This document shows, piece after piece, positions 35,161 through 47,346 of a DNA stretch of 64,000 bases. Source of the stretch: Blastocladiella emersonii ATCC 22665 (taxonomy: Eukaryota; Fungi; Blastocladiomycota); assembly GCA_025594325.1 (NCBI GenBank), contig JANHCV010000001.1, forward strand, positions 310,001 to 374,000, given 5' to 3'. Positions within the stretch are counted from its first letter, which is position 1, and every line of letters starts with the position of its first letter. A program made the position numbers and the translations under genes. The notes under the pieces were generated by a model that did not search any database, was not told where the DNA came from, and worked only from the letters and a program-made list of their open reading frames with translations.

Positions 35161-36603
35161 GGGTGGGGCGGGGTGAGAGATGGGTGGGGGATGGGTGGGG
35201 GAGGGGCGGGGTTGAAAGCCCAGCACGGAGGGGAGCAGTTCCTAACGCTACCGGCCGCCAATTATTATTACACCGAGTTGAGGCCAACGCCGGGAGTCGG
35301 GGAGTCGGGGAGTCGGAATCAATGGGGCACTTGTTAAGTTTTAATTGCGTATGCTATTGGGCAAGTGTCGCCGTCGGTCTGGGCTTCGGGGCAGGGAAAG
35401 TGGAGAGCGCGCACCAGGGTTCGAACCCCATCATCAACCCGCTCGTTGGCCACCAGTACGCTGTCAGGGGGTACCCAGTCGGCGGTGTCATCCAACCACT
35501 TTTTGCTCTTCTTTCTTGAACAACGGAGTGAGACCTTGCTCACCCTTTTCAGCAGTAGACGTCCGTAAATGGATGCTGAGGTAGACCTCGAAATTTTGCT
35601 GTTTAATGCATTGGCATTGATTCTTATTTCCAGCTTACCAAGTTAAGCCAAGCACACGCAATATTTTTTGTGCCAGGTCAATTAATAGAGGTCAATTAAT
35701 ACAGTATTCAACTTCAAGGCAATATACAGATGCCAAAGTACTGTTTTGCGCGTTTCTCAAACTATGGCGACGTGTTGGCGGTGTCCTAACTGAGCGCGTT
35801 GGCGCATCAGGAAACTGAGAGGAGTTTAGCTTGCGCTGGATTGGTACGGCGAGATGTGGGGGACCGTGACGGTCGGCTGACCACTCACTAGCCGGAAATC
35901 GTTCTGAGATGTCCTGGTAAGCGAGAGTTTATAACGATAACAGAGGATGGAGAGGAAGAGCAACAGAACAGGGCAGAAGGAAGCGAGGATGATCCACACA
36001 CCTGAGATGTCCTGGTAAGCGAGAGTAAGGAGCATCTCCTGGTGTGGGAGCGAGAGCTGTTTGGCCAGCGACCAGTCGGGGGAGCGGGATCGTCGGTCGA
36101 AGCGAGCTGGACCGCGTGGGTCAGAACTGGGGCTGAAACCGATCACGCGACCGAAACCATTTGTACGCGGTCGGCGAAGCGCCGCGTACCAGGATCACGT
36201 CAGCTGAGTTCGCGTTTAGCCAACATTAGGGACTTTTGCTAGCTGACTCAAGCTGGGTCTAGCTCACTCGTCGTTAGCCAGCGATACCTGAAGACTAGAC
36301 AGCAATATCCAGCGCTAGCCAAGGTTACTGAGCTGGCAATCAGCAGTCGCTGGACTACTGATAGCTGATGGCGAGCTAGCTACTCGCCAAACTTTCGCCG
36401 ACATGATCTGTCTGAGTAGAAGGCGGGCCTTTACGCCAGCGGCTGGTCTGATTGCTGGTCTGATCGCCAGCTAACCGCAGCTTGGCGTAGCCAAAGTCGG
36501 CTGGCCCTTGCCTCAACCAAGCTGAAACTGCTGGCGATCAGCTTGTTTGTTGCTCGAACAAGCTCTTTCAAGCAGTCGAGGTAGTAGACGTGAGACAAAG
36601 ATA

Positions 36604-36645
36604 GGAGGAAGGAGGAAGGAGGAAGGAGGAAGGAGGAAGGAGGAA
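36604..36645 (+). repeat. (GGAGGAA)6 microsatellite
   Basis: Six 7-mers counted; mirror at 53848-53889. Confidence 0.9.
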
Positions 36646-39501
36646 GTGGCGTGAGTGGCCCATGTGTTAGGTAGGACCACTGCGATCAGGCGCTGGCGTT
36701 AGCCAGCACGCGGATGCAGCCACGCCTCAATGCTCTCCAAGCGGGTCCGTGGGGTCACGGATCTGCTTGGCCTTGTCCGTATTCGCAGTCAGCTCGGGAA
36801 CCAGGGCCTCGCGCTCGACCGCCAAATTCTCCTGGCTGGGCCTCTTGATTTGGCGAGACGCGTCAGTACACGGCGGCGGGACGCGTGGCACGGCGGGAGG
36901 CGAGTACTTCGCGCGCGTGACGGGTTGGCCTCATCAGCGACCTGATGGCCAACAGTGGCTGATGGGTGGCCTGATGGGTGAGTGTCGCGCGGCCTTGATG
37001 TTTTGCCGCTTTATTTTGTGCCTTTAATATGAATCGCGAGGAATCGGGGCGCCGCGAATAAGCTTGGCACAAAATGAGAAACAAAGTTTGGGAAACCTAA
37101 CGCTTGGCGGACGCAGTGTGGCCTGACAGTCATGTTCGGTTGGTGGGTCGCAAGTCGGAGTTGCTTATCCTGACTCACTATTGCAGCAAGAGATTTCACA
37201 TAAACGTGAGCTGGAATGAGGCTTGACCATCACGAAATTCGTTTCAGGCTTGCAGGCGCCCACCCCGTTTTGCAGGCAGCTCCCCACAGCTTTGCAGGCA
37301 CCTCCGCCGCTTTGAAGGCCGCCGCGCTCCTTTGAGAGCTTCCCCGCCGCTTCGCAGCCAAGGACCGCCGGCTGCAGGCCACCTCCCCACCACCCTGCCC
37401 CTCAAACCCCTGCTCCCCGATCCCTCCGCATCACACGCAGCGCTCTAACGCGAATATATCGTCATGTAACCACTGCAACAACTCGAAGCTTTGACTGAGC
37501 GCGCTCCCAAGAGGCTCCGACCCGTCACGCCTCGCCTCATCGTGTCGCACTGAGCAGGACGGCGACGGCGGCGGCGTCGAGCCAGGCGCGCGAGACAGCC
37601 AACACTGGTCTCGCCCTGCGTCCCGCCTGCGCGCGAGCAGTCCTTCGCGACCCGCTCAGCCGGGCAGCCCCGCGCGCAGCCCCACGCGAGACCGACGCCC
37701 TGGCCAACGCAGGCGCGGCGTGCGGCGTGCGGCACGGCCTTGAGCACGCTGTTCGCGGCGGCACCGCATGCAACGTTGCCGTGGCCCTGGCGGGCGCCGC
37801 CAACCTCGCCCCGAACAGCGTCCGATCGCTCACGATCGACGCTCGCGGCCCCGGGCTCCCCGCGCTCAGCGTGCGAGCCCGACGGCTTGCCCGATCAAGG
37901 AGCGGCGCATCACGGGCCGAGACGGCGCGCAGTTGGGGCACGGCGGTTCGCGACCCGAGCTCGCTCGCCGTGGCGACGGTGAGCAGCTGAGAGGAGCGTC
38001 GGGTGCACGGCCGGAACGTGACTGAGCGGAGGCGGCGTGTAGCGCAGGACGAGATCAGCTCGAGGGGACCGCCACAGAGAGGAGCGGCCGGTCTCGCAGC
38101 AGCAGCAGCGAGGGCGCGCACTCGCGCCGACGCCAAGTCCCGAAAAGCACAGGGAGCGGGCGTGCTTGAAGTGACAGGCGCGTCACGTTTTGTGGCCTCC
38201 GCCCTTAGGCGATCACCGCGGGCCGGCGGCGGGCAAGCCACCCGGCCGCCAAACAAAGGGCGAGCGCCGCCGCCCGCCACCGCTCTCTCCCCCGCCCGCC
38301 GCACCCTCCTCACCACAACCACACGCACCAACGACATGCTTGGCAACACCGACGCCGTCGCGCGGCCCACACTGCACCGGCGCGCGCCGTGAACCTCAGC
38401 CTGCCTCTGGTCCGCCGCCGCCGCCGCCTCGCTCGCCCCTCGCTCGCCCCTTGCCCACCTCTCTCCACCATCATGTTTGCAACCTCCCAGCCACCGCAGT
38501 ACCCTTGCTCCCTACGCCAAACCGTCGCTCCCCGAATCCTCACGGCCGCCGCCGCTCCCCTTCGCCGCGACACTCTCGCTCCGCGCTACCCGTTCCACTC
38601 GTCACGGCTCGATCTCCCTCGACTACGCTGTCTGCGCACCTACTTGGTGCTCCGCTGACGCTGGTTGATGCCGCCCTCGCCGTCGCCAACTCGCTCGTCG
38701 CCCCGTCCCGACGAGCGCCGATCCTGACCCGTCTCGTCTCGTCTCGTCTCGTCTCGCTGTGTAGTGCCCGCACGAACCTCGCTCACCAAGCCCGGCCACC
38801 GTCATCGCGCCCACCCGCTGGCCTCCTTCGAATCGACTAGTCGGGCTCGCACGCGGCCGCCGTCCGGTCCTCCTCGCCGCCGCCGCCGCCCGCCGCCGAG
38901 TCCCGGCCCGACCACCGTGTCCCGGTCGATCTCTCTCGCGGCAACGGTCTGCACACCTCTCACCAGGTCTCCCACGCGGCTTGTCTCTGACTCGTCGCGC
39001 CCCGCCTGCACCGTGTAGTCGGCTTCCGCGTGAACTCGCTCGCGCGCGCAAGGTCAACCGCGACAAGACACACGTTTTCTAGCAGGCCACGGCCATGGTC
39101 ACGGTACGCCCCCCGCGGCTTTTGCTCATCCACGACAGTCACTCACTTGCATCTTTCTCGTAGCGCTGATGATGCTGTACCCAAGCGTGCATCTCCCAAG
39201 CGCTGCAGCTGTACAGTTGGGAATCGACCGCATCGCCACCGTGGCCAAGCCCAAGTACCTCAAGCTCATCCCCAAGGGTCCCCAAGGTCACGGCCGCGTG
39301 CACGCGTCGGCTCGCAGGTCGATGGCGGCCGAGTGCGGTGTGCTTCAGATCCCTCGAATCGGCCGCGACATGATGCGGCCGTCGCCCTCCTCCCATCTCC
39401 CGCCCTCAATGTGCCTGATGATCAATACATTTTGTTCCTCCCTATATCTTTCTCGTGGGCCCTGAGCGAAGCTGGAGCGTGAGCTGGCGAACCTATATTG
39501 A

Positions 39502-39701
39502 ATTTTTCCTGGGCGTTTTGAAGGCGATAACAGCGTTTATAGCCTTTAAAAGCGTGCGCAGCCTTCAAAGGCGGGGGAGTGCTTTTGAAGGCGGGGGAGT
39601 GCTTTTGAAAGCTGGTGGGTGCCTTCAACGGCCGGACATGGCTTTTGAAAGCACCGCTTGCCTGCGGTGCCTTAATCGCCTTCAAAACGACCAAAAAAAA
39701 T
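39502..39701. mobile_element. MITE-like 200-bp palindromic element
   Basis: Perfect 15-bp IR CGTTTTGAAGGCGAT (39514-39528) / ATCGCCTTCAAAACG (39675-39689), with imperfect outward extension and internal TTTTGAA(G/A)GC repeats. No TSD seen. Confidence 0.55.
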
Positions 39702-39719
39702 CGTGATGACAGCTGCCTG

Positions 39720-40340
39720 GATCAAGACGTTGATCCATTTTCAAAAATGTGGACCCACTCCTCGATCCACGCGCCCTGGATCAACTTGTTGGAAAAGTAC
39801 TTCTACGCGTTGATCAACGGCCAAATCCAACTCGTGCGCAAGCGAAACCAGGAGCTGATCAACAATGACCATGGTTGTGAAGGAACTCATGCGAAAATGC
39901 ATCGAAATGGTCGCAACGACCCAGAAAAGCATTTGTGGGAGCCGAACGCAACTCGACGTGTTCGTGCTGCTGCAGGATGAGCTTGAGCCCGTCACCAAAC
40001 GTTGTGTTTGCAGAAGGATCGCGGTGGTCCACAAAGTTAAGCGAGTTGGCGAGCTGCGGCATCATGAGCAGCGTGAGGCTCGAAGCGTCTCGTAAGCGTT
40101 GATGAAGTACTCGGTGTATCAGCCCTGGTGCACCGACGATAGCTGGTTCCCATTTGGTGTGGCACGGAGGAAGGCCGAGACGGCTGAGAGCGACATGATG
40201 TGGAACTCGCACGTGGCGAGCAGAGTGGTACGGAGAACAGACTCTGCGCGGCGTAAAGGCCCAGCACAACGACGTGCGGTACTGACACGAAGAGGTGAAA
40301 TTGCTTGACGACCGCGCTTTTGAGTTGCGTGCCGTCCAAC
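39720..40340 (-). pseudogene. Possible very decayed DDE (Harbinger-like) transposase fragment
   Basis: MDGTQL resembles LDGTHI and FSHEFLHN resembles the C-terminal ...LHN motif. They are in different frames and the similarity is weak. Confidence 0.25.
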
Positions 40341-42561
40341 TCCAGGTCGGCGAGTCAGGTGCGCGTTTCCTCTCGACCAAGCGCAACGGAGGGCAACGAC
40401 GCGCTCAACACGTCACTTTCAACTCATAAAGTTTAAAGATGCAAGGGTTCTCACGACCGCCGTGACGACATCTTCCCGGGGAGATGGCTGCGCTGGAACT
40501 TGGCTTGCCCGCCGACCAGGTCCGTATCGACCAAGTTTCAATGCTCACGTCACTACCACGCGCTTGCGGCAAGTAATTCATAGATTATTCATAGGGTGCA
40601 ACGTCGAGGTGCCGTCGCCGGGAGGGGAGAGCGTGCCGCTGCAGCGAAGCGCGGGGCGAAACGCGTCGAAGCCAACGTCACGTGAGCGCGTCGATCGTTC
40701 CGGGGCTTCGCTCGCGGCGGCTCGCGCCAGCACCCCTGCTCGCGCTCCCTCGCCCCACCACCAGCGACCATGCGACCATGCTATCGACCAACTCGACATT
40801 TGCGACCTAGCGCAACCGCCTGCACTATCACCCCTCGGCCTCCATGTAACTCATGTCTACGCGCATCCGCCCGACGCCACCACGGGCCCGCGCCGCTCGG
40901 TGACTTCCACGGTACGCGACTCTCGCCTTCTCCGCACCTTGTACTCCCCCGCGATGTGCATCCGCAGTCACGCCTCAACTCCGCCGACACGCCCTGCACG
41001 CGTTGACAGGACTCGCGCCCGCCGCTCTTGAGGGTCACGCCGCATTCCCACGCCTTCCGCGCCGGCTGTCCGTTCGCTCACTGACGTACCCCACCCCACG
41101 ACCGCTTTGACCTGCTTTCTAGCCTTTGAAAAGCACCTCAAGCTGTAGCGGCGCTCGTGGGGGTCCGCGGCAACGTGTTTGCGTCGATACTGACCAAGGT
41201 CGCGACATGGTACGCGGTGTGCGACTCGGCCCACACAAGCCGAGACTAACATGTTTGCGGACGCCATGACTAGCGCGCCGAGTACGCCAAGTCGCTGTGG
41301 CAAGGGTCGCGCCGTCGCCCTTCGCGTCAACTCGCTCACGACGCGCTCAAGTCCACGCGGTACGGTTCTTCTCCTTTGCGTTCTCGGCGCGACTCGCGCT
41401 GCGTGCGGGCACCGCCGAGCTTCGAGCTCCCAAGCAGTCTCGCACGTGTCGCCGGCCCGGGTCTCGGCGACGTGGCTCGCGCGCTAGCGTCAATCGGACT
41501 CTTCGCCTGACTCATCGCTCACTTGTCTCCGCCCCGTCGCCCATAGCCTCGGTTTACCGCAACAAGCTGCTGCTGCCCTCGCCCATCAACTGGTCGGTGT
41601 TGCCCTCAAGCACGCAGTCGGCCCGTGTACTCGTTCATTGTCAAGGTACGCGACTCGGCCTCACCCATCAAGGTCTCCGACTTACGCAGACGGTTCCCTC
41701 CTGTCTAGTACATCGAGAGCAACGTCACGATCCAGTCGTCGATGCCGATGTCGCCGACTGAGCCAGCTGCGGGTGCGAGGACGGGTCCAAGGTGCACTCG
41801 AGGCGTCACGGTACTTGTTCTTGCCTCGCTGCTGACCGACCTTGCGCTCACAATGATCTCTTCTCGCGTTGTAGGCCATATGCGGCAAGATCCCTCTTGA
41901 TCGTCATCAAGCTGGCCGCGAGGATCACCGCCACCGGTTTTCCTCCCTCATCGTCCCTCATCGTCCCTCATCCTCCCTCATATTCTTACCCTGTGTCGCT
42001 CTCGATTCGCGGATATATCGCGTGGTTTGAGACCTGGAATCATCAATGGGCCGCGACCTGGATCCGGATATATTGAGCCGTGAGCGACGCCTTGATCCCT
42101 GGCGTGATCCACGCCGAGACAAAATGAATCCACTGCTCGATCAAGCTGGAGATCCACATTGACCAACAGCTTGATCCACATGAGAGGTCCGTGCAGTTTG
42201 CGGATGGATCGAGCTCGCCCAAGCTGGATCCACGCTTGATCCAGAAGAGTAATATCGCAATCCACATCCCCCCGAGGTCCATCCAGTCCACGGCTGGATC
42301 CAGGGTGGATCCCCTTCAAATGGCTGGGGCACAGTTCGGTGATGTCAGGCGTGGATCACGCCACCCGCCGACGCCGCCTCCCAAGCCTCTGCTGCGGCCC
42401 AACGCGCGGCGCAGTCTTGCGCTCGGTTCCTGTTCGAGGATGAATGAAGCGTTTCCTGTTTGATATTGTCGTTTGCAGAGGACGTGCAACTTTGAACCTG
42501 AGCTCCAAACCCCAGCTGAAACCCCAGCTCGATCGGGCCGGGGTCCGGGAGTTCGGTCAAG

Positions 42562-44165
42562 CTATGGGCGGCCCCTGTGGCCAAGCTGGCAGCCGTTTCA
42601 GGTCTTTCGACTTTTCGCGTTTTCCGCTCCTTTGCTTCACGCTTTTCGCGCTTTTCGCTCCTTTCGCTTTTCGCGTTCGCTCGCTTCGATTTTTCTTTCG
42701 CTCGCTTCCCCTCACCCCGGCCGCTGCTAGCCACGATAAAGCGCCTCGCAACGCACCACGTGACGCCCTCGCGCTCACGTACGCCGTCGCCGCCATTGGG
42801 CGCGCTGCTCGCCGCGAACCGCTCGCCGTTACCGCCGCCGCGATCACAACAGAAATCGTCGCGCGCGACGCGTCTATGCAACCCGCACTACCCGCAACGC
42901 AATACAGCTCGCTCGGGGGTCACTACGCCGTGAGCTGCTTCATGATCGCGACTTCCATGAGCAACCGCGCTGTACGATGCCTTGACCGTCAGAATTCGGA
43001 GCGGGCACGGGTGACCTGGATGCGCTGCTGTGGCAGCAAGGGCTGCAAAGTGTGAGGCGTGAACCGGTGTGAGTTTGAGTACGAGTTGCAGGGATCAGCT
43101 CGGCCATCAGCAGGCGCGGGTCGCGCGGCCATGAGCTTGTGGCCAAGCTTGGTTGAGAGCGGCGCGGGCGTCGCTCGTTTCTCAATGCAACCCGATTACC
43201 AACCGTGAGGGCGGAGAGTACATGGCTCTGATCAGGAATACTACTTGGTCAAGGACGTCCACGATTCGTGCTCCAAGTGTGCGCGTCCGTCGTGTTTTCG
43301 TCCGCTTCCCGCTGACGCTGCGGTTGGAACTTTAACCAGCATCATACGCTCTCATGCTTGTCTTGTCTATTCGCGTTGAATGTCGCTGACACGGCGATCC
43401 GAGCCTCAGATGTCCAAGTGAGATGTCAACGAGCTCAGCAGAAGTCATCCCCCGCGCCAAGTTAATGGAAACGCGCTCTATTCGTTTGAAGCCAAGGTAC
43501 ATGAGCTAGATTCGGGACAGTTGCGCGCGATCCTCGCTTCATCAAAAGAGTCTGTACCACAAACGCGCCGCCTCACCTTGATGCGCCAGGATCCTCAAGT
43601 AGCTCAGCTGATCAATCCTGGCAAGTTCGGCCAACCAAGCGGGTTGGGACCGAGCTGGATGGGGTGGTGAACAGAGAGTGCGGTCAAGTCGCCCACACCA
43701 ACGCGAAATCGTGGCGAAGCAACATGCGTGCTTGACTGCGAAGAACCGTTGACCTAAAGTGTGCGTCAGAACAGGCCCTGGCGCTTGGCGGGGACAACGC
43801 CATCAATGACGCGGGCCTCACTCATGTCGCGCATCGCTCATGGCTTCGGGCGGCAAGTGTGCTGCGTTGCGGGAAGTGCAGGTTTCAAGGGTGCGTCACG
43901 CGCGACAAATTTTCGAGCGCGGTCGCGACGACGCTGGCGGCGACCGGATCGCGGCGGCCAGCGTGCGCGACGGCGTGCGTGAGCGCGAGGTGGTCACGTG
44001 GTGCGTTGCGAGGCGCTTTATCGCGGCCAGCAGCAGCGGGGGTGCGGGGAAGCGAGCGAACGCGAAAGGTGAAAGGAGCGAAAAGCGCGAAAAGCGTGAA
44101 GCGAAGGAGCGAAAGATCGAAAGACCTGAAACGGCTGCCAGCTTGGCCACAGGGGCCGCCCATAG
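42562..44165. mobile_element. Non-autonomous long-TIR DNA element (1604 bp), 5-bp TSD TCAAG
   Basis: Arms of about 340 bp (42562-42900) and about 300 bp (43863-44165) begin CTATGGGCGGCCCCTGTGGCCAAG, with the first ~50 bp identical. TCAAG flanks both ends (42557-42561, 44166-44170). No transposase inside. Confidence 0.8.
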
Positions 44166-44599
44166 TCAAGCCATCTTATCTCCCATCGCGCCTCGCGCGC
44201 TGCACGCGGCTCCGCGACGCGCGACCACCTCAACCGACTTCCCTTCCCTTCCCTTCCCTTCCCTTCACCCAAAACTTTTCGCACGACTCGTCGCTGTTGA
44301 AAAATAAATCTCTCCAAAACTTGTTGCAACATGAAGGGCAGTGAATGAACGTGCGAAACCGTCGAAATGCGCGCCATCGTTACGCGATCAACGACCTTGA
44401 ACGTGAAGCTCGTTAGCCGTCAGCAGCAAGCTCGCGTTGCGCACGACGGAGCCTCGTACAAAGTCACTTTTCGGTGAGCTTCCCGCGCTGGAACCGGTGT
44501 ACAAAGCCAGCCGCGTTCCGCTTCCTGCCCTTTTCCAGTTCAATCGTTCGCGCGCCCGCACCACTATCCGAAGCAGGAGCAGGAGGAGCAGCAGCAGCA

Positions 44600-45560
44600 G
44601 CGATTCATGATGTCCGATGACCAACGTGAACTTGAAGAGATCAAGGACAAAACCTCGCCGGCCATCACAGCTCGCATCACGACCATCGCGCGCACGTTCA
44701 GGACCGCAACAACCCACTCTTCAGGCTGCAAGACGTACATTCGCAAGAAGTATGTGTTCACGGAACTCCGGATACTGTTCAACTATCTGTTCGTCGCGCG
44801 AGCGGCCGAACTGAGTGGCTACGCCTTCGAAAATGGCGCCAAGTGGTCGTGTCGTGGAGCCGCCAACCTTCAAGAACGTGAACGTCCTGTCACTTGCGGT
44901 CCGCTGACACCGATATACCTTTGGCGGCGCTGGTCCAGAAAGTAAGCCAGCTTCACGCTATGTTATTAACGTGCAACATGACGTTGAGGTGGAACGGTCT
45001 CACGTTCCGCCAGGTCGCGGTCAAGGACGCGGTCGAGAAGTCAATCCGCGCGTGGGCTGTGGCGGGCGGGCTGGCGGTCGTCGCGGCCACGCAGGACGCC
45101 CCGGTCGTCAATAAAGACATGGTAGTGGATGGGCCTGCATTGTCAGCGCCACGGAGGAGGCACTACTCACTGCTGCTCGTCCTCAACCGGAGCCTCGCCG
45201 ACGCGCATGACGCGGCCGTGCACGGGCTGCTCAAGTCCTGTAACGACCCACTGACCGTCGCCCTGGCCCTCAACGGGCTCGCCGCGGCATCTCTGCAGCC
45301 GCAGCTGACACGGCTCTTGCGCGGGTGACGTCGCTGTTGGATGCGCTCCCCGACTGGACCAAAGCGCAGGCCATAGATACGGACCCAAACGAGGGCGCAG
45401 ACCTCGACGCCGACGTCAAGTCCTTGCTCCTGCACGCCGCGCAGGTCCTGCTGCACATCCTGCAACACGCGCGCAACCTGATCCCGGCGGCGCCGCCGCG
45501 CGTCCGCGTCAAGCTGCTGCGTCTCGCCACCGCGACGCTTGAAAGGGTATGCAACAGTAA
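44600..45560 (+). pseudogene. Possible fragmented gene of unknown family
   Basis: Three consecutive protein-like ORF pieces (44607-44945, 44894-45328, 45325-45594) separated by stops or frameshifts. No domain recognised. Confidence 0.25.
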
Positions 45561-46070
45561 TTCAAGACCTTCAATGCCGCCAAGAAGCGTGTAGAAGTCA
45601 GCGGGAAACAACTGCGTGGAGCGTATCACGCCAAGTGCTCCGTTTATGCCGACGCCGAATCGCGCATGACCGAGAATCGCACCGCGTCCCGCGGTATGAC
45701 TGACGAGTTCACACGGCAGCGCCTCCTCACCAAACGAACTCATCCCCGCTCAAGTGACGACGCTGGTCATAAATACGAGGCACGAAGGTGGGGTGTTGAT
45801 TGACCTGACGACTACCAAATGTACTTGATGATTTTTCACTCACATCGTCCCCATGAGGAGGAGCACCGAGGAAAGCACGACGCGGTCGCCAGGGTCGCGT
45901 TGCGCCGCATTCAAATCACTGGGTGCTCATTGGTCCCGCCGCGCCGGCCCGTTTCAAATCTGACTCCGCGTCTCAGCTGGGGTTTTCCGCCGAGCCAGCT
46001 CTGGTTGCTTTTTCTCTGCAAACGACAATAGACTGGTTGATTTCCCCTGCAATAAATACCATCCCGTCGC

Positions 46071-46447
46071 AGTTCAAGTACACGTGACCGCGTTGCGCCA
46101 CAGTCACCGGACGCGTGCGACCCCGCCCGCGTCACGCGCGTCACGCGCACCGCGCCGATCTCCTTTGTCATCGCCGCGGACCGCCGCACCTCACCCAGCG
46201 ACGCGTCGGCCCGCTCACATCGGGCGACGCGCCCCCGCATCCCCTCTCTCTCTTGTTCCTTTGACCAGTTGCTAGTATTAGCCACCACATACAGCCTGTT
46301 GTCCTCTCGTGAAGCTCCTCACCGTCTCCTCTTGTGAACCTCTTCATCGTCCCCTCTTGTGAACCTCTTCACCGCCTCGATCTTCATCTCCGCCAAGATC
46401 GCACGTCCATCGTGCCGAGCTTCCTCCCAGTCGAGTACGCTTCAACT
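46071..46447 (+). repeat. 5' LTR, termini AGTT...AACT
   Basis: Direct repeat of 53413-53789; the flanking bases differ immediately upstream of AGTTCAAG. Confidence 0.95.
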
Positions 46448-46461
46448 GGTTATGAGCCCTG
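46448..46461 (+). promoter_or_regulatory. Primer-binding site GGTTATGAGCCCTG (half-tRNAiMet type)
   Basis: Abuts the LTR. Complementary to the anticodon arm of yeast initiator tRNA-Met (CAGGGCUCAUAACC), as in Ty5 and Drosophila copia. Confidence 0.88.
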
Positions 46462-46775
46462 GAAAGCAGCGGCTCGATGTACGTACGATCTCGCTTCGCC
46501 CGCGCTGCGACCTCTCGATCCTCGCCGCCGCACTGCGCCCTCGTGCCTGCCGTCGCTCCCGTGGCACGCAGAATCGAGGCGCACGCGCACCCTTCGCTGT
46601 CGCTGCGTCAGCGCGTTGGGTGGACGCGTTCCTGCCCGCTCGCGCGCTCGCCGCGCCGTGGGAACGCGTACGCGGCCGACCTTTGTCCACCTCTTGCTGC
46701 AAGTGTCGACAGACCCCCTGTCTGTCACCCAGCTCGCGCTCGCCACACCCTCATCCTACCTGTGTGATTCTCCCA

Positions 46776-47095
46776 GCCGTAGTTCGTGCAGCAGCACGGA
46801 CGCGTGGTCTCCACGCGCGATTCATCCCGCTCTGGATCCGCAGCCACGTCGGTGCCCGCTCCTGGGCGGCGCCGTACGGTCCTGCCGTAGTTCGCGCAGC
46901 AGCGCGGACGCGTGGTCTCCATGCGCGACTCATTCCGCTCTGAGTCCGCGGCCACGTCGGTGCCCGCTCCTGGGCGGCGCCGTGCGGTCCTGCCGTAGTT
47001 CGCGCAGCAGCGCGGACGCGTGGTCTCCATGCGCGACTCGTTCTGCTCCGAGTCCGCGGCCACGTCGGTACCCGCTCCTGGGCGGCGCCGTGCGG
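46776..47095 (+). repeat. Three 108-bp tandem repeats in the retrotransposon leader
   Basis: Units start at 46776, 46884 and 46992; each contains CGCGTGG-TCT-CCA(C/T)GCG. Confidence 0.92.
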
Positions 47096-47346
47096 ATCCG
47101 GGATGTGTGTGTGTGCCTGGTGTACTTTGCGTCGAAGGAAAAGGTGGTCGCGATGCGGGGGAGCGGGCGTCGTGCGTGCAGCGAGTCCCTTGGATGGCGC
47201 AACGCGCTCCGGGCCGCCGCCGCCGCAGCTCGCTCACTCACTCACTCCCCGTCGCCCCCGCCGATCCGACTCCTAGTCTTCACTACCTGCAACACCATCC
47301 TCCTCTGCCACTGAGCCGCGTGTCCGCACGACCGGTGGTCTTCGCC

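Larger units (their letters stand above)
26493..36703. repeat. Left arm of giant inverted repeat (may extend further left)
   Basis: ORFs from 26512 to 36242 have mirror copies whose paired coordinates sum to 90493, so no indels are evident. Only isolated substitutions were noticed. Confidence 0.97.

Noticed and set aside
35355-35432. GGTTCGAACCC B-box with a weak upstream A-box (tRNA or SINE?)
   Set aside because: No acceptor, D or anticodon stems can be folded and the T-stem has only about 3 pairs. tRNAscan-SE would settle it.
35904-36026. 25-bp direct repeat CTGAGATGTCCTGGTAAGCGAGAGT x2 (CRISPR-like?)
   Set aside because: Only two copies, eukaryotic context, no cas genes; simple local duplication.
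39090-41900. Possible multi-exon dual-specificity phosphatase relic (RLFIG, VTHV, VLVHCQ/DG with intron-like GTACGC..CAG)
   Set aside because: No CX5R arginine motif and the frames are inconsistent; the similarity is too weak without an HMM search.
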